In this document: positions 8,603-17,543 of the stretch, piece by piece | How the letters are laid out: every line of letters begins with the position of its first letter | Numbering within the stretch: position 1 is the stretch's first letter | Origin: an uncultured Candidatus Saccharibacteria bacterium | GTDB taxonomy: Bacteria; Patescibacteriota; JABMPQ01; JAQVVF01 | DNA length: 64,000 nucleotides | Direction of reading: 5' to 3' | NCBI GenBank assembly: GCA_964574655.1 | Contig: CAZNOH010000001.1 | Span: forward strand, 265,852-329,851 | Notes under the pieces: generated by a model | What the model saw: only the letters and a program-made list of their open reading frames with translations | The model's database searches: none | What the model was told of the DNA's origin: nothing | Made by a program: the position numbers and the translations under genes

Positions 8603-9727
8603 ATGAAGGTCGCTTTAGTACATGATTTTTTAAATCAAGTTGGCGGGGCTGAAAAGGTCTTGGAAATTTTTCATGAAATTTTTCCAAGAGCTCCAGTATA
8701 TACTATCACTTACGATGAAAAAGAAACTCGCGGTGTTTTCAAACATCTGAACATCAAAACTTCTTTTATTCAGCGTTTGCCTTTTGGTGTGAAGCAATAC
8801 AAGTGGTATATATCAATGATGCCAGCAGCTATTGAGCAGTTTGATTTTTCAAAGTATGACATTGTTTTGTCTGATTGTTCTGCATTTTCAAAAGGCGTGA
8901 TTGTTAGACCAGAGACTTTGCATATAAGCTATGTTCATTCTCCAACAAGATATCTTTGGAATGATACTCATAGCTACACTGAAGAAATAAAACAGCCTGG
9001 CGTTATTAAAAAAATGTTGCCTTTGGTTTTGCAAAAGATTAGAACTTGGGACCAATTAGCGGCGCAAAGAGTTGATAAAATGATTGCTAATTCAAAAACT
9101 GTTTCTGAAAGAATTGAAAAATATTATAAAAGAAAAAGCGATATTATATATCCGCCTGTTGAGACAGGCAAGTATTATATTTCTAATGACATTGATGATT
9201 ATTTTTTGGTTGTTTCAAGACTTCGTCCTTATAAAAGGGTTGATTTAGTTGTTGAAGCTTTTAATGCTTTGAGATTGCCTTTGAAAGTTATTGGAACTGG
9301 CGAGGAATTACAGACTTTGAAAAAAATGGCAAATGATAATATCGAATTTTTAGGTCCTGTATCTGATAAAGAAAAAGCATATTATCTTTCAAGATGTAGA
9401 GCTTTTATACATCCACAAGAAGAAGATTTTGGTATTACTGCTTTGGAAGCAATGGCATCTGGAAGGCCAGTTATTGCTTATAAAAAAGGCGGAGCTGTAG
9501 AAACAGTAATTCCTGGGAAAACCGGTATCCTGTTTGAAGATCAATCTCCATGGAGTTTGGTTGATGCTGTGAGAGACTTTAAAGAAGAAGATTTTAATCC
9601 AGAGGAAATAAGAAAGCGCGCATTGGATTTTGATATCAAATTGTTCAAAGACAGAATAGAAAAATATATTTTTGATTCATATAAAAATTTCAAGAATAAA
9701 AGGGAAGATTATTATAAGGTTAGTTAA
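8603..9727 (+). CDS. Glycosyltransferase family 4
   Basis: MKVALVHDFL start, EDFGITALEAMASGRPVIAYKKGGAVETV GT4 C-terminal signature; upstream TTG at 8582 is an alternative start. Confidence 0.8.
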   Translation: MKVALVHDFLNQVGGAEKVLEIFHEIFPRAPVYTITYDEKETRGVFKHLNIKTSFIQRLPFGVKQYKWYISMMPAAIEQFDFSKYDIVLSDCSAFSKGVIVRPETLHISYVHSPTRYLWNDTHSYTEEIKQPGVIKKMLPLVLQKIRTWDQLAAQRVDKMIANSKTVSERIEKYYKRKSDIIYPPVETGKYYISNDIDDYFLVVSRLRPYKRVDLVVEAFNALRLPLKVIGTGEELQTLKKMANDNIEFLGPVSDKEKAYYLSRCRAFIHPQEEDFGITALEAMASGRPVIAYKKGGAVETVIPGKTGILFEDQSPWSLVDAVRDFKEEDFNPEEIRKRALDFDIKLFKDRIEKYIFDSYKNFKNKREDYYKVS

Positions 9728-9728
9728 C

Positions 9729-10246
9729 TAATCGCTAATCATTTGCTAATTTTTGCTAATAATTTGCTAATTGCTTGCTAATTTTTTAATAATATGGAGG
9801 GGTTAATATATAAAGATTTAAGTTATAGAATCGTAGGATTGTGTTATGCTATTCATAATCTTTTAGGTCCGGCTTGTAAAGAAATTCAATATAAAGATGG
9901 ACTAGAAGTTGAATTTAAAGGAGAAAAGATAAAATATGAACGAGAGAAAGAGATTTTATTTTATAGCAAAAATGGAAAGATTGGAGGCAATCGAGTTGAT
10001 TTTGTTATAAATAATCAAATTATTTTGGAAGCTAAATCAAAAATGTTTCTTACTCCCGAAGATAAAAGACAAGTTTTAAGATATTTAAAAGTTGGAAAAT
10101 ATAAATTAGGTTTGTTAGTTAATTTTAGAGGTAAAAAAGTAAATGTTTGTCGCATTGTTAATTCAGACTTATCTGATGATATTGGAATAAATACTACTTT
10201 ATTATTGGCAAATAATTTGCAAAAATTAGCAAATGATTAGCGATTA
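9729..10246. mobile_element. Mini-cassette: GxxExxY gene flanked by perfect 28-bp inverted repeats (TAATCGCTAATCATTTGCTAATTTTTGC)
   Basis: 9729-9756 is the exact reverse complement of 10219-10246; TTGCTAAT-type tandem motifs continue outward on both sides. Confidence 0.5.
9794..10240 (+). CDS. GxxExxY family protein (PD-(D/E)XK-like)
   Basis: LSYRIVGLCYAIHNLLGPACKEIQY, VDFVI and ILEAKS motifs typical of the GxxExxY family. Confidence 0.7.
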   Translation: MEGLIYKDLSYRIVGLCYAIHNLLGPACKEIQYKDGLEVEFKGEKIKYEREKEILFYSKNGKIGGNRVDFVINNQIILEAKSKMFLTPEDKRQVLRYLKVGKYKLGLLVNFRGKKVNVCRIVNSDLSDDIGINTTLLLANNLQKLAND

Positions 10247-10265
10247 ATTAATTTAAATAAACTAT

Positions 10266-10874
10266 ATGCATCCAAAAAATTATATTCAAGTAATTTTAAG
10301 GCACAAATTTACAATAATTGCCTGTATTGTTTTGTGTGGTTTAACGGCACTGATTTACGCTTATGTAAAACCTCAAGCTTTTAGTTCGAACATTTCAATG
10401 TCTTTTCATCGCGTAAATAAAGAAGCAACAGTTGATTATCAGTATGATAATTATTATGCTGGCAAGGCAGTTGAAATTGTTTCCAACACTGTAGCTGGCT
10501 GGTTGCAAACTCCGAATATTGTCCAGGAAATTTATACAGAAGCAAAGGTAACTCCAGACGATATTTATAAAGATGCAAAGAAATTTAAACCAAAACAAGT
10601 TTCTGCTCATCAAGTGGAAATGAGATTGGTAAATAAAAATAGACAAGATTTAGAAAAATTATCTAAAGCAACTGTTGCGGTAATGAAAAATAAAGTGGCG
10701 AATTTGGAAGTTACAAATGAGCAAAAAAATGCTTTTGATGTGATTTCTGAAGATCCAATAATTACGGAAGTAAAATATAGTCCATTGATGTTGGCTTTGA
10801 TTGGTCTTGTTGCTGGATTGTTTGTTGGCATTGGATTGGCTTTTCTTTGGGAATACTTTAGCGAGACAGATTAG
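10266..10874 (+). CDS. Polysaccharide chain-length-determinant-like (Wzz-like) bitopic membrane protein
   Basis: N-terminal and C-terminal TM helices around a soluble domain; C-terminal GLAFLWEYF resembles Wzz family ends; lies in the glycan locus. Confidence 0.45.
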   Translation: MHPKNYIQVILRHKFTIIACIVLCGLTALIYAYVKPQAFSSNISMSFHRVNKEATVDYQYDNYYAGKAVEIVSNTVAGWLQTPNIVQEIYTEAKVTPDDIYKDAKKFKPKQVSAHQVEMRLVNKNRQDLEKLSKATVAVMKNKVANLEVTNEQKNAFDVISEDPIITEVKYSPLMLALIGLVAGLFVGIGLAFLWEYFSETD

Positions 10875-10925
10875 GCAAGCGCTGATTTTACGCTGATTTC
10901 TAACGCTGATGTGACGCTGATTGAT
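10875..10925. repeat. Intergenic repeat family 3 (CAAGCGCTGATTT.ACGCTGATTTCTAACGCTGAT.TGACG.TGAT)
   Basis: Near-identical ~52-nt copy at 24396..24447; both start right after a stop codon. Confidence 0.6.
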
Positions 10926-10974
10926 GCAAAATTAAAGAAGGGATATTGTTCTGTCATTTTATTTTTATATATTT

Positions 10975-11991
10975 GTGCCAAGATCACCAGAACAGCCATC
11001 ACAATTAGCTGATATTCAAAAAGAAACTGGAGAAAAAGCTCCAGGTTTTGAAATTGCTAAAACTCCAGAATCAAAGAATTTCGTTGATGTTGTTGGTAAT
11101 TTAGCAGAAAAAGTGGAGCGAGATGAGAATGTAACAGCAGGAGAAGTTCTAGATTTAGAACAAGCATTGGACAGATTAATCGAATCAGATCCAAGATTAG
11201 AAGCAAAAAGATTGTTTGGCGAGAGCTATATGGGACCAGATGAGATAGAAAGACATTTTACTCTAGAAAGCGGTGAGAAGCTATTTGAATATACTCCTAA
11301 ACAAAGACAAAGAATTAATCAAATGCTCAGAGAAAAGCTAGCTGATCCGCAAATCAAAGATTTAATCAAGAGAACACTAAGAGAAGAATTAAGGCAGAGA
11401 TTTCAACTTTTTCTTTTTCCAGATAAATTCAAAGATGGAACAAAAGTAACAATGAAAAGTCTGAATGACAAATTCCAGCCAGAAATGACAAGACGAGGTT
11501 CGGGTAAATTATTATTCGATACAAGTTGGTACAAAAATGAAGAATTCTTTACTTCTGATTCCAATCCTCTATCTTGGAAGTTATTAAGCCGTGGCAATAT
11601 CGAAGGATCAAATAACAAGAGCTATATTGAAGAAACAAGATTTTTTAGAGAATATTTGAGGCAAAACAATTTAGCTACAGCTGATGAATTAAAAGAATGC
11701 AGTGATGAAAGATTAGCAAAATTAGAACGATTAATGGCAACGAACTGGAAAAAAGCTGGAAAGCAACTATCAGAACTAAGGATTAATAAGAAATACCGGA
11801 TTAATCCTTTCGAAATTATTTTTATTCATGCTGCTAACAAAAGCGGATTGACTAAATATGCTAGGACTGCAAAGCGCTCGTCTGATGGGAGGTTGGTCCG
11901 TGCTGGGCGCTGTGATTCCCTTGGCGCGGATGTGATTTGTTGGAGGCCTGTCGATGCCCTTGACGGTGTGGGTGTTTCTGTCTCCCGCTAG
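10975..11991 (+). CDS. Paralogous-family protein C (conserved N-terminal domain; divergent C-terminus with GC-rich tail)
   Basis: GEKAPGFEIAKTPES...LAEKVERDENVTAGEVLDLEQALDRL aligns with the family N-domain; the last ~45 codons (11860-11991) are far more GC-rich than the rest. Confidence 0.5.
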   Translation: MPRSPEQPSQLADIQKETGEKAPGFEIAKTPESKNFVDVVGNLAEKVERDENVTAGEVLDLEQALDRLIESDPRLEAKRLFGESYMGPDEIERHFTLESGEKLFEYTPKQRQRINQMLREKLADPQIKDLIKRTLREELRQRFQLFLFPDKFKDGTKVTMKSLNDKFQPEMTRRGSGKLLFDTSWYKNEEFFTSDSNPLSWKLLSRGNIEGSNNKSYIEETRFFREYLRQNNLATADELKECSDERLAKLERLMATNWKKAGKQLSELRINKKYRINPFEIIFIHAANKSGLTKYARTAKRSSDGRLVRAGRCDSLGADVICWRPVDALDGVGVSVSR

Positions 11992-12050
11992 TGCGAACAA
12001 TTGAATTCTTGATTTGGTTTTAAAATTTTTATGTTTTTATTTTTTTAAGT

Positions 12051-13214
12051 ATGATAATCGGTATTGATATCAGATCTTTGATGGAAGGGAAAAGAAGCGG
12101 TGTTCAGCAGTACTTGATTAATTTAATGCGTAATTTATTTGTAATTGATAAAAAAAATCAATACAAACTTTTTTGCAATGCTTATAAAAAAAATAGTCTA
12201 GATGTCTCTGAATTTGAAAAATTTCCTAATGTAAAAGTTTGCAAATTCAATTATCCTAACAAAATTTTAAATACTAGTTTCTGGCTTTTGAAGTATCCGA
12301 AGATTGATAAATTGATCAATAATTTGGATATTTTTTTTGCGCCTAATATTTTGTTTTCTGCAATTTCTCCGAAATGCAAATTTGTAACAACGATTCATGA
12401 TTTATCTTTTGATTATTTTAAGAGATTCTATTCTTTGAAAAGAAGATTTTGGCATAATATTGTTGGACCGAAGAAAAAGATTATAAAATCTGATGCAGTT
12501 ATTTGCGTATCGCAATCAACAGCTAGTGATTTAATAACTAAATATGACGTGAATAAAGAAAAAGTGCATGTTGTATATTCTGGAATTGAGAAATTCGAAA
12601 ATTCTGATATTCGGATATTAGATATTAAGAAAAAATATAATTTACCAAATAATTTTGTTTTGTTTTTAGGTGCCATGGAGCCACGCAAAAATATTGTTGG
12701 ACTTATTGAAGCTTTCGAATTATTGAAGTTTTCCCATATCTCATTTCCCATTTCTCACCTCTCAAATCTAAAACTTGTTATTGCTGGATCAGGCGGTTGG
12801 CTTGAAAAAAGAGTGAGAAAAGTGTATGAGCAATCTAAATTTAAAAATGATATAATATTTTTGGGCTATGTTGATGAGAAGGATAAAGCTGCTTTATATA
12901 GCTTAGCAAAATTGTTTGTTTATCCATCTTTTTATGAAGGATTCGGTTTTCCGCCATTGGAAGCAATGTCAGCTGACTGTCCAGTCGTGACTTCTAATGT
13001 TGGATCTTTGTCGGAAGTTTGTGAGAAAGCAGCAATATTGATTGATCCGTATAATGTTAATGAAATTTTTGAAGCAATGAAGCAAGGATTGGATGATGAA
13101 AAATTACGGGAATATTTGATTGCTGAAGGCAAGAAACAAATTTTAAAATTTGATTGGAAAAAATGTGCGAAGGAGACGTTGAAGGTGTTTGAATCATTAA
13201 GCACAAAATCCTAA
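12051..13214 (+). CDS. Glycosyltransferase family 4
   Basis: EGFGFPPLEAMSADCPVVTSNVGSLSEV signature; GT4 two-domain layout. Confidence 0.8.
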   Translation: MIIGIDIRSLMEGKRSGVQQYLINLMRNLFVIDKKNQYKLFCNAYKKNSLDVSEFEKFPNVKVCKFNYPNKILNTSFWLLKYPKIDKLINNLDIFFAPNILFSAISPKCKFVTTIHDLSFDYFKRFYSLKRRFWHNIVGPKKKIIKSDAVICVSQSTASDLITKYDVNKEKVHVVYSGIEKFENSDIRILDIKKKYNLPNNFVLFLGAMEPRKNIVGLIEAFELLKFSHISFPISHLSNLKLVIAGSGGWLEKRVRKVYEQSKFKNDIIFLGYVDEKDKAALYSLAKLFVYPSFYEGFGFPPLEAMSADCPVVTSNVGSLSEVCEKAAILIDPYNVNEIFEAMKQGLDDEKLREYLIAEGKKQILKFDWKKCAKETLKVFESLSTKS

Positions 13215-13340
13215 TATCTAAATTCTAAACAAATTTAAATGCTCAAAACTAAAAAATTAAAAACCGACGTTAGTTTTTGAATTTTGGTATTTAAGTTTTG
13301 GATTTGTTTAGGATTTAGAAATTAGTGCTTAGAGTTTTTT
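13196..13340. repeat. Palindromic intergenic element, family 2 (CTAAACAAATT(C/T)AAA ... TTTGGATTTGTTTAGGATTTAGA)
   Basis: Copies at 2508..2650, 13196..13340, 17405..17540 and 46365..46512; each overlaps the stop codon of the upstream gene and ends just before the next start. Confidence 0.6.
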
Positions 13341-14471
13341 ATGAAAATAGCAATCGACGCCAGATTCTTTGGCCCATTTGGCAAAGGTCTCGGGCGATAT
13401 ACAGAAAAATTAATAAAGTATCTGGAAAAAGTTGATCAAAAAAATGATTACACTATTTTTTTGCGCAAAGAAAATTTTGATCATTATATAGTAGAAAATA
13501 AAAATTTCAAAAAAGCTCTGGCTGATTTTAAATGGTATACGTTGAGTGAACAAAGAGGAATGCCAAAATTATTGAAAAAAGGCAATTTTGATCTGGTCCA
13601 TTTTCCGCATTTTAATGTGCCGTTATTATATCGAGGTAATTTTGTAGTGACGGTTCATGATTTGATTCTTTTAGATTTTCCAACAAAAAGAGCGACAACT
13701 TTGGGGCCAATAAAGTATGCTTTGAAAAATATGGCTTATAAAAAAGTGATTAGTTCTGCTGTAAAGAAAGCCAAAAAAGTGATTACTGTTTCAGAATATA
13801 CCAAAAAAAGATTGATTGAACATTTTGATTTGGATAATGAAAAGATTGTTGTAACTTATGAGTCTTGTGAAAAAATTAATCTTGAAAAAGAAGTAGAAAA
13901 TAAAGATTTCTTAAAATTACATAAGATTAAAAAACCATATTTACTTTATGTCGGCAATGCATATCCGCATAAAAATTTAGAGAGGTTATTAAAAGTTTTT
14001 AAAAAGCTTAGAAATAATAATTTTGACTATCAATTAGTGTTGGTTGGCAAAAAAGATTATTTTTACCAAAGATTGCAGGATTTGGCAAAAGATTTAGGTT
14101 TGCTTGATTCTGGTGAAGTTATCTTTTTTGGTTTTGCGAAAGATAGCGAGTTAGCAGGATTATATCAAAATGCGTCTTTGTATGTTTTTCCATCATTCAT
14201 AGAAGGTTTTGGATTGCCTCCTTTGGAGGCAATGAGTTATGGATTGCCAGTCGTGACTTCTAAAACTTCTTGTTTACCGGAGATTTTGGGAGATGCAGCA
14301 AGATATTTTGATCCAAAAAATGATGAGGATATCGCCAATGTTATTTTAAGAGTTTTGAATGATAATATTCTACGGGACGAGATGAAGAGGTTGGGTTTGG
14401 AACAAGTGAAGAAATATAGTTGGGAAAGATGCGCAAAGGAAACATTAGCCGTATATGAATCAATTCTATAA
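13341..14471 (+). CDS. Glycosyltransferase family 4
   Basis: EGFGLPPLEAMSYGLPVVTSKTSCLPEILGDAARYFDP signature. Confidence 0.8.
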   Translation: MKIAIDARFFGPFGKGLGRYTEKLIKYLEKVDQKNDYTIFLRKENFDHYIVENKNFKKALADFKWYTLSEQRGMPKLLKKGNFDLVHFPHFNVPLLYRGNFVVTVHDLILLDFPTKRATTLGPIKYALKNMAYKKVISSAVKKAKKVITVSEYTKKRLIEHFDLDNEKIVVTYESCEKINLEKEVENKDFLKLHKIKKPYLLYVGNAYPHKNLERLLKVFKKLRNNNFDYQLVLVGKKDYFYQRLQDLAKDLGLLDSGEVIFFGFAKDSELAGLYQNASLYVFPSFIEGFGLPPLEAMSYGLPVVTSKTSCLPEILGDAARYFDPKNDEDIANVILRVLNDNILRDEMKRLGLEQVKKYSWERCAKETLAVYESIL

Positions 14472-14503
14472 TAAGTATTTTTTAAGGTAACTATTGACAA
14501 TTT

Positions 14504-14528
14504 AACCACTTTCAGTGGTTTTTTTTAT
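14504..14528 (+). terminator. Rho-independent terminator (AACCACTTTCAGTGGTT plus T8)
   Basis: Perfect 6-bp stem with TTTC loop, then TTTTTTTT. Confidence 0.6.
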
Positions 14529-14582
14529 TGTTCACTATTATGTTATTTTGTTTTATAATATAGACATATCAGAAACTTTGCT

Positions 14583-17408
14583 TTGGCAGAGATTTTTGGA
14601 GTTATGTTAAACAAAAACAAATTTAGGATTATTGGCGATGTGGCGGACTTTAATAATGGTCCGGAGATTTTAGATTTGCGTGAAATTGCTAAAGCTAGAA
14701 AAGAAGAAGAAAAGATAAGAATAGAAAAAGATTTAATTAATTTAAAGTCTTGTAAAAGAGAAGAAAATGTTGTTGATGAGAAGCCGGAAATTGTAGAACA
14801 AAAGGAGAGTTTAAATCTAGAACAGATAAAAGAGAAAATTCAGAAACCGCAAGTAACGGAGAGGCCAATTTTGTCAGAGAGCAATGACGACGAGAAGATT
14901 TTGGTTAAACATAATGATTACGCAAAGCCAGTTGTTTTACAGCAATCTGTAGAGACGTTGCATTGCAACGTCTTGTCGCAAGCAGAAAAAAATGAGAAGC
15001 CGTTGGTTATTGAAGATTCGAAATCAAAAGCGAAGAAGATGTCTTTTGGCCAATCTTGGTTGCAAAGACAAGCTGAAAAGAAGATATTAAGGAATAAAAA
15101 ACTAGCTGAAATTAAAAGATTGAAATTTGAAAAGCGAGCTCAGATACAAGAGTTGAAAAAAGCTAAATTATTACAGAAGCAGAATTTAAAGCTAAAAAAA
15201 GAATTGGAGAAAAGAGAATCAAAAAAGAGATGGTTGCTGGCAAAGCAGGAGGTTGAGCAGAAAAAGCAAAAAGAAAAAGAAATGTTGCGTAAAAAAATAT
15301 TTTTACAAAAACAGCAGTTAGGACAACAAGGATTAGAGCAAGGAAGATTAATCAAGAAACAGATGTCAAGGCAACAAAAACCAAAAGTCGATTATTTGTT
15401 ATTATTCAGAAATAGATTTAATAAAGGACTAGGATTTTCTATAATTGCTTTTATTTTTGTGGGTGTTGTTCTGTTTTCAGGAGTTAAGGGATTAGATTTT
15501 TTTAATACCCAAGCTAAAGATACGAAATCAAAAATATTAAGTGATGCTTTAGTTGCTTATCAATATATGGGATCAGCAACAAATTCTGCAACTAGTACAG
15601 ATTTTGAAATGGCATCATATAAATTTGGCGTGGCAGGCGATAGATTCTTGAATGCTCAAAAAGATTTGAATCAGTATGGAGAAGTACTGACTTCAATGTT
15701 GAAAATTATGCCTGGAGCATCAGCTGTTAGATCAGGCGATAATTTACTTTCTGCTGGCGCTAATTTGTCAAAAGCAGGAGAATACGTGACTTTAGCAGTA
15801 ACGCCTTTTAATGATTTAGGCAGTTTTATCAGTTTGCCAGGAAATTCTGATAGCAATCAGAAATCTTCATTAACAGAATTATTATCTGAAGCAACAAATA
15901 ATTTGAATTTAGCAATTGGTAAGTTAGACACAGCTAATTCTGATTTAAAAAATGTAAAAATTTCTGATTTGCCGTCAGATGTTGGACCAAAAATTGCAAC
16001 AATCAAAGATAATTTACCTAAAATAAGTTCCGATTTAAAAACATTAGTTTCCTATTCGGATTATTTTTTGCAGATGCTTGGACATAAGGGCGCAAAAAGA
16101 TATCTAGTATTATTTGAGAATAATAGAGAATTAAGGCCAACTGGCGGTTTTATGGGAACATATGCTTTGGTTGATATTGATTCTGGCAAAATAAAAAATA
16201 TTAAAATTGAAGGTCCATATAATTTGGATGGCAATTTAATGGAAAAAATAATTGCGCCAGAACCATTAAGATTGATTCAAGTAAAATTATTTTTAAGAGA
16301 TTCTAATTGGTTTTTAGATTTTCCGATGTCAGCAAAAAAAGTAATGTCAATGTATGAAAAATCTGGCGGACCAACTGTTGATGGCGTTTTTACGGTAACT
16401 GGCAATGTAATGGAAGCATTGTTAAATGTTACAGGCGATATTGATATGCCAGAATATAATACAAAAGTTAATGCAAGTAATTTTTTTGATGAAACGCAGT
16501 GGGAAGTTGAATATGATTACGATAAAGAACAAAATGAGCCGAAAAAATTCCTTGCTGATTTATTTCCAGTATTTATTGACAGATTAGCAAAATTAGATAA
16601 GGATAAATGGTTAGAAACTGCAAATGTTATGTATAAGATGCTTGATCAGAAAGATATAATGATGTATTTTACAGATGAAAAATTAGAAAATTTTGTTAAG
16701 GAATTCAATTGGACTGGCGAGATAAAGAATCCTAGCAAAGATTATTTATCAACTGTAATAACAAATATTGGCGGTGGAAAAACAGATAACGTGATTGATC
16801 AGAAAATCTTGCATGAAGCGGAAATTTCAGAGGATGGATCAGTTATTGACACAATTACGATTACTAGAATTCATAATGGCGATCCAGACAATATGTGGAC
16901 TGGTGTTAAGAATATGTCGTATATGAGATTTTATGTTCCTTTGGGAAGCGAGTTGCTAGAAGCGAAAGGTTTTGATAAAGAATTCTGGGGAGTCTTAAGG
17001 CCATTGGAAGAAGGTTCTAATCCTGATCCTATGATTTCAAATATTGAGAGCAATATGAAAGTTAATAATGAAAATGGAATTAGAATAATGGAAGAAGGCG
17101 GTAAAACAGTTTTTGGCAATTGGATTGGTGTTGAATGCGGTCAAGCAAAAACCATGGTTATAAAATATAAATTGCCATTTAAAGTTAAAAATTCTGGCCA
17201 AGATGTAGCAACTTCTTATGGAATGTTTTTTCAAAAACAGCCAGGCACAAAAGCTTTTGAAACAACAAGTATTTTGAAATATCCAATAGATTATTATGTA
17301 AATTGGAAATATTCTTCTGATAATTTGTTAAGCGATGTTGCGGATGGATTGCAATATAGAACGAAATTGAATAAAGATAAAGCATATGCTGTTGTCTTCG
17401 TTAAATAA
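14583..17408 (+). CDS. DUF4012 domain protein with K/E-rich coiled-coil N-terminus and one TM helix
   Basis: RYLVLFENNRELRPTGGFMGTYALVDIDSGKIKNIKIEGPYNLDG is the DUF4012 hallmark; TM segment GLGFSIIAFIFVGVVLF; 941 aa. Start is ambiguous (ATG at 14604 is an alternative). Confidence 0.7.
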   Translation: MAEIFGVMLNKNKFRIIGDVADFNNGPEILDLREIAKARKEEEKIRIEKDLINLKSCKREENVVDEKPEIVEQKESLNLEQIKEKIQKPQVTERPILSESNDDEKILVKHNDYAKPVVLQQSVETLHCNVLSQAEKNEKPLVIEDSKSKAKKMSFGQSWLQRQAEKKILRNKKLAEIKRLKFEKRAQIQELKKAKLLQKQNLKLKKELEKRESKKRWLLAKQEVEQKKQKEKEMLRKKIFLQKQQLGQQGLEQGRLIKKQMSRQQKPKVDYLLLFRNRFNKGLGFSIIAFIFVGVVLFSGVKGLDFFNTQAKDTKSKILSDALVAYQYMGSATNSATSTDFEMASYKFGVAGDRFLNAQKDLNQYGEVLTSMLKIMPGASAVRSGDNLLSAGANLSKAGEYVTLAVTPFNDLGSFISLPGNSDSNQKSSLTELLSEATNNLNLAIGKLDTANSDLKNVKISDLPSDVGPKIATIKDNLPKISSDLKTLVSYSDYFLQMLGHKGAKRYLVLFENNRELRPTGGFMGTYALVDIDSGKIKNIKIEGPYNLDGNLMEKIIAPEPLRLIQVKLFLRDSNWFLDFPMSAKKVMSMYEKSGGPTVDGVFTVTGNVMEALLNVTGDIDMPEYNTKVNASNFFDETQWEVEYDYDKEQNEPKKFLADLFPVFIDRLAKLDKDKWLETANVMYKMLDQKDIMMYFTDEKLENFVKEFNWTGEIKNPSKDYLSTVITNIGGGKTDNVIDQKILHEAEISEDGSVIDTITITRIHNGDPDNMWTGVKNMSYMRFYVPLGSELLEAKGFDKEFWGVLRPLEEGSNPDPMISNIESNMKVNNENGIRIMEEGGKTVFGNWIGVECGQAKTMVIKYKLPFKVKNSGQDVATSYGMFFQKQPGTKAFETTSILKYPIDYYVNWKYSSDNLLSDVADGLQYRTKLNKDKAYAVVFVK

Positions 17409-17540
17409 AATCCTAAATCCTAAATCCTAAATCCTAAATAAATTCAAAATTCTAATGACTAAAATAAAAAAAATGACGTTTTCTTATTTTAATTTTTGAT
17501 TTTGGATTTATTTAGGATTTAGAGTTTTGATTTTTTTAAT
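17405..17540. repeat. Palindromic intergenic element, family 2 (copy with a 4x AAATCCTAA left arm)
   Basis: AATCCTAAATCCTAAATCCTAAATCCTAAATAAATTCAAA ... TTTGGATTTATTTAGGATTTAGAG. Confidence 0.6.
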
Positions 17541-17543
17541 ATT

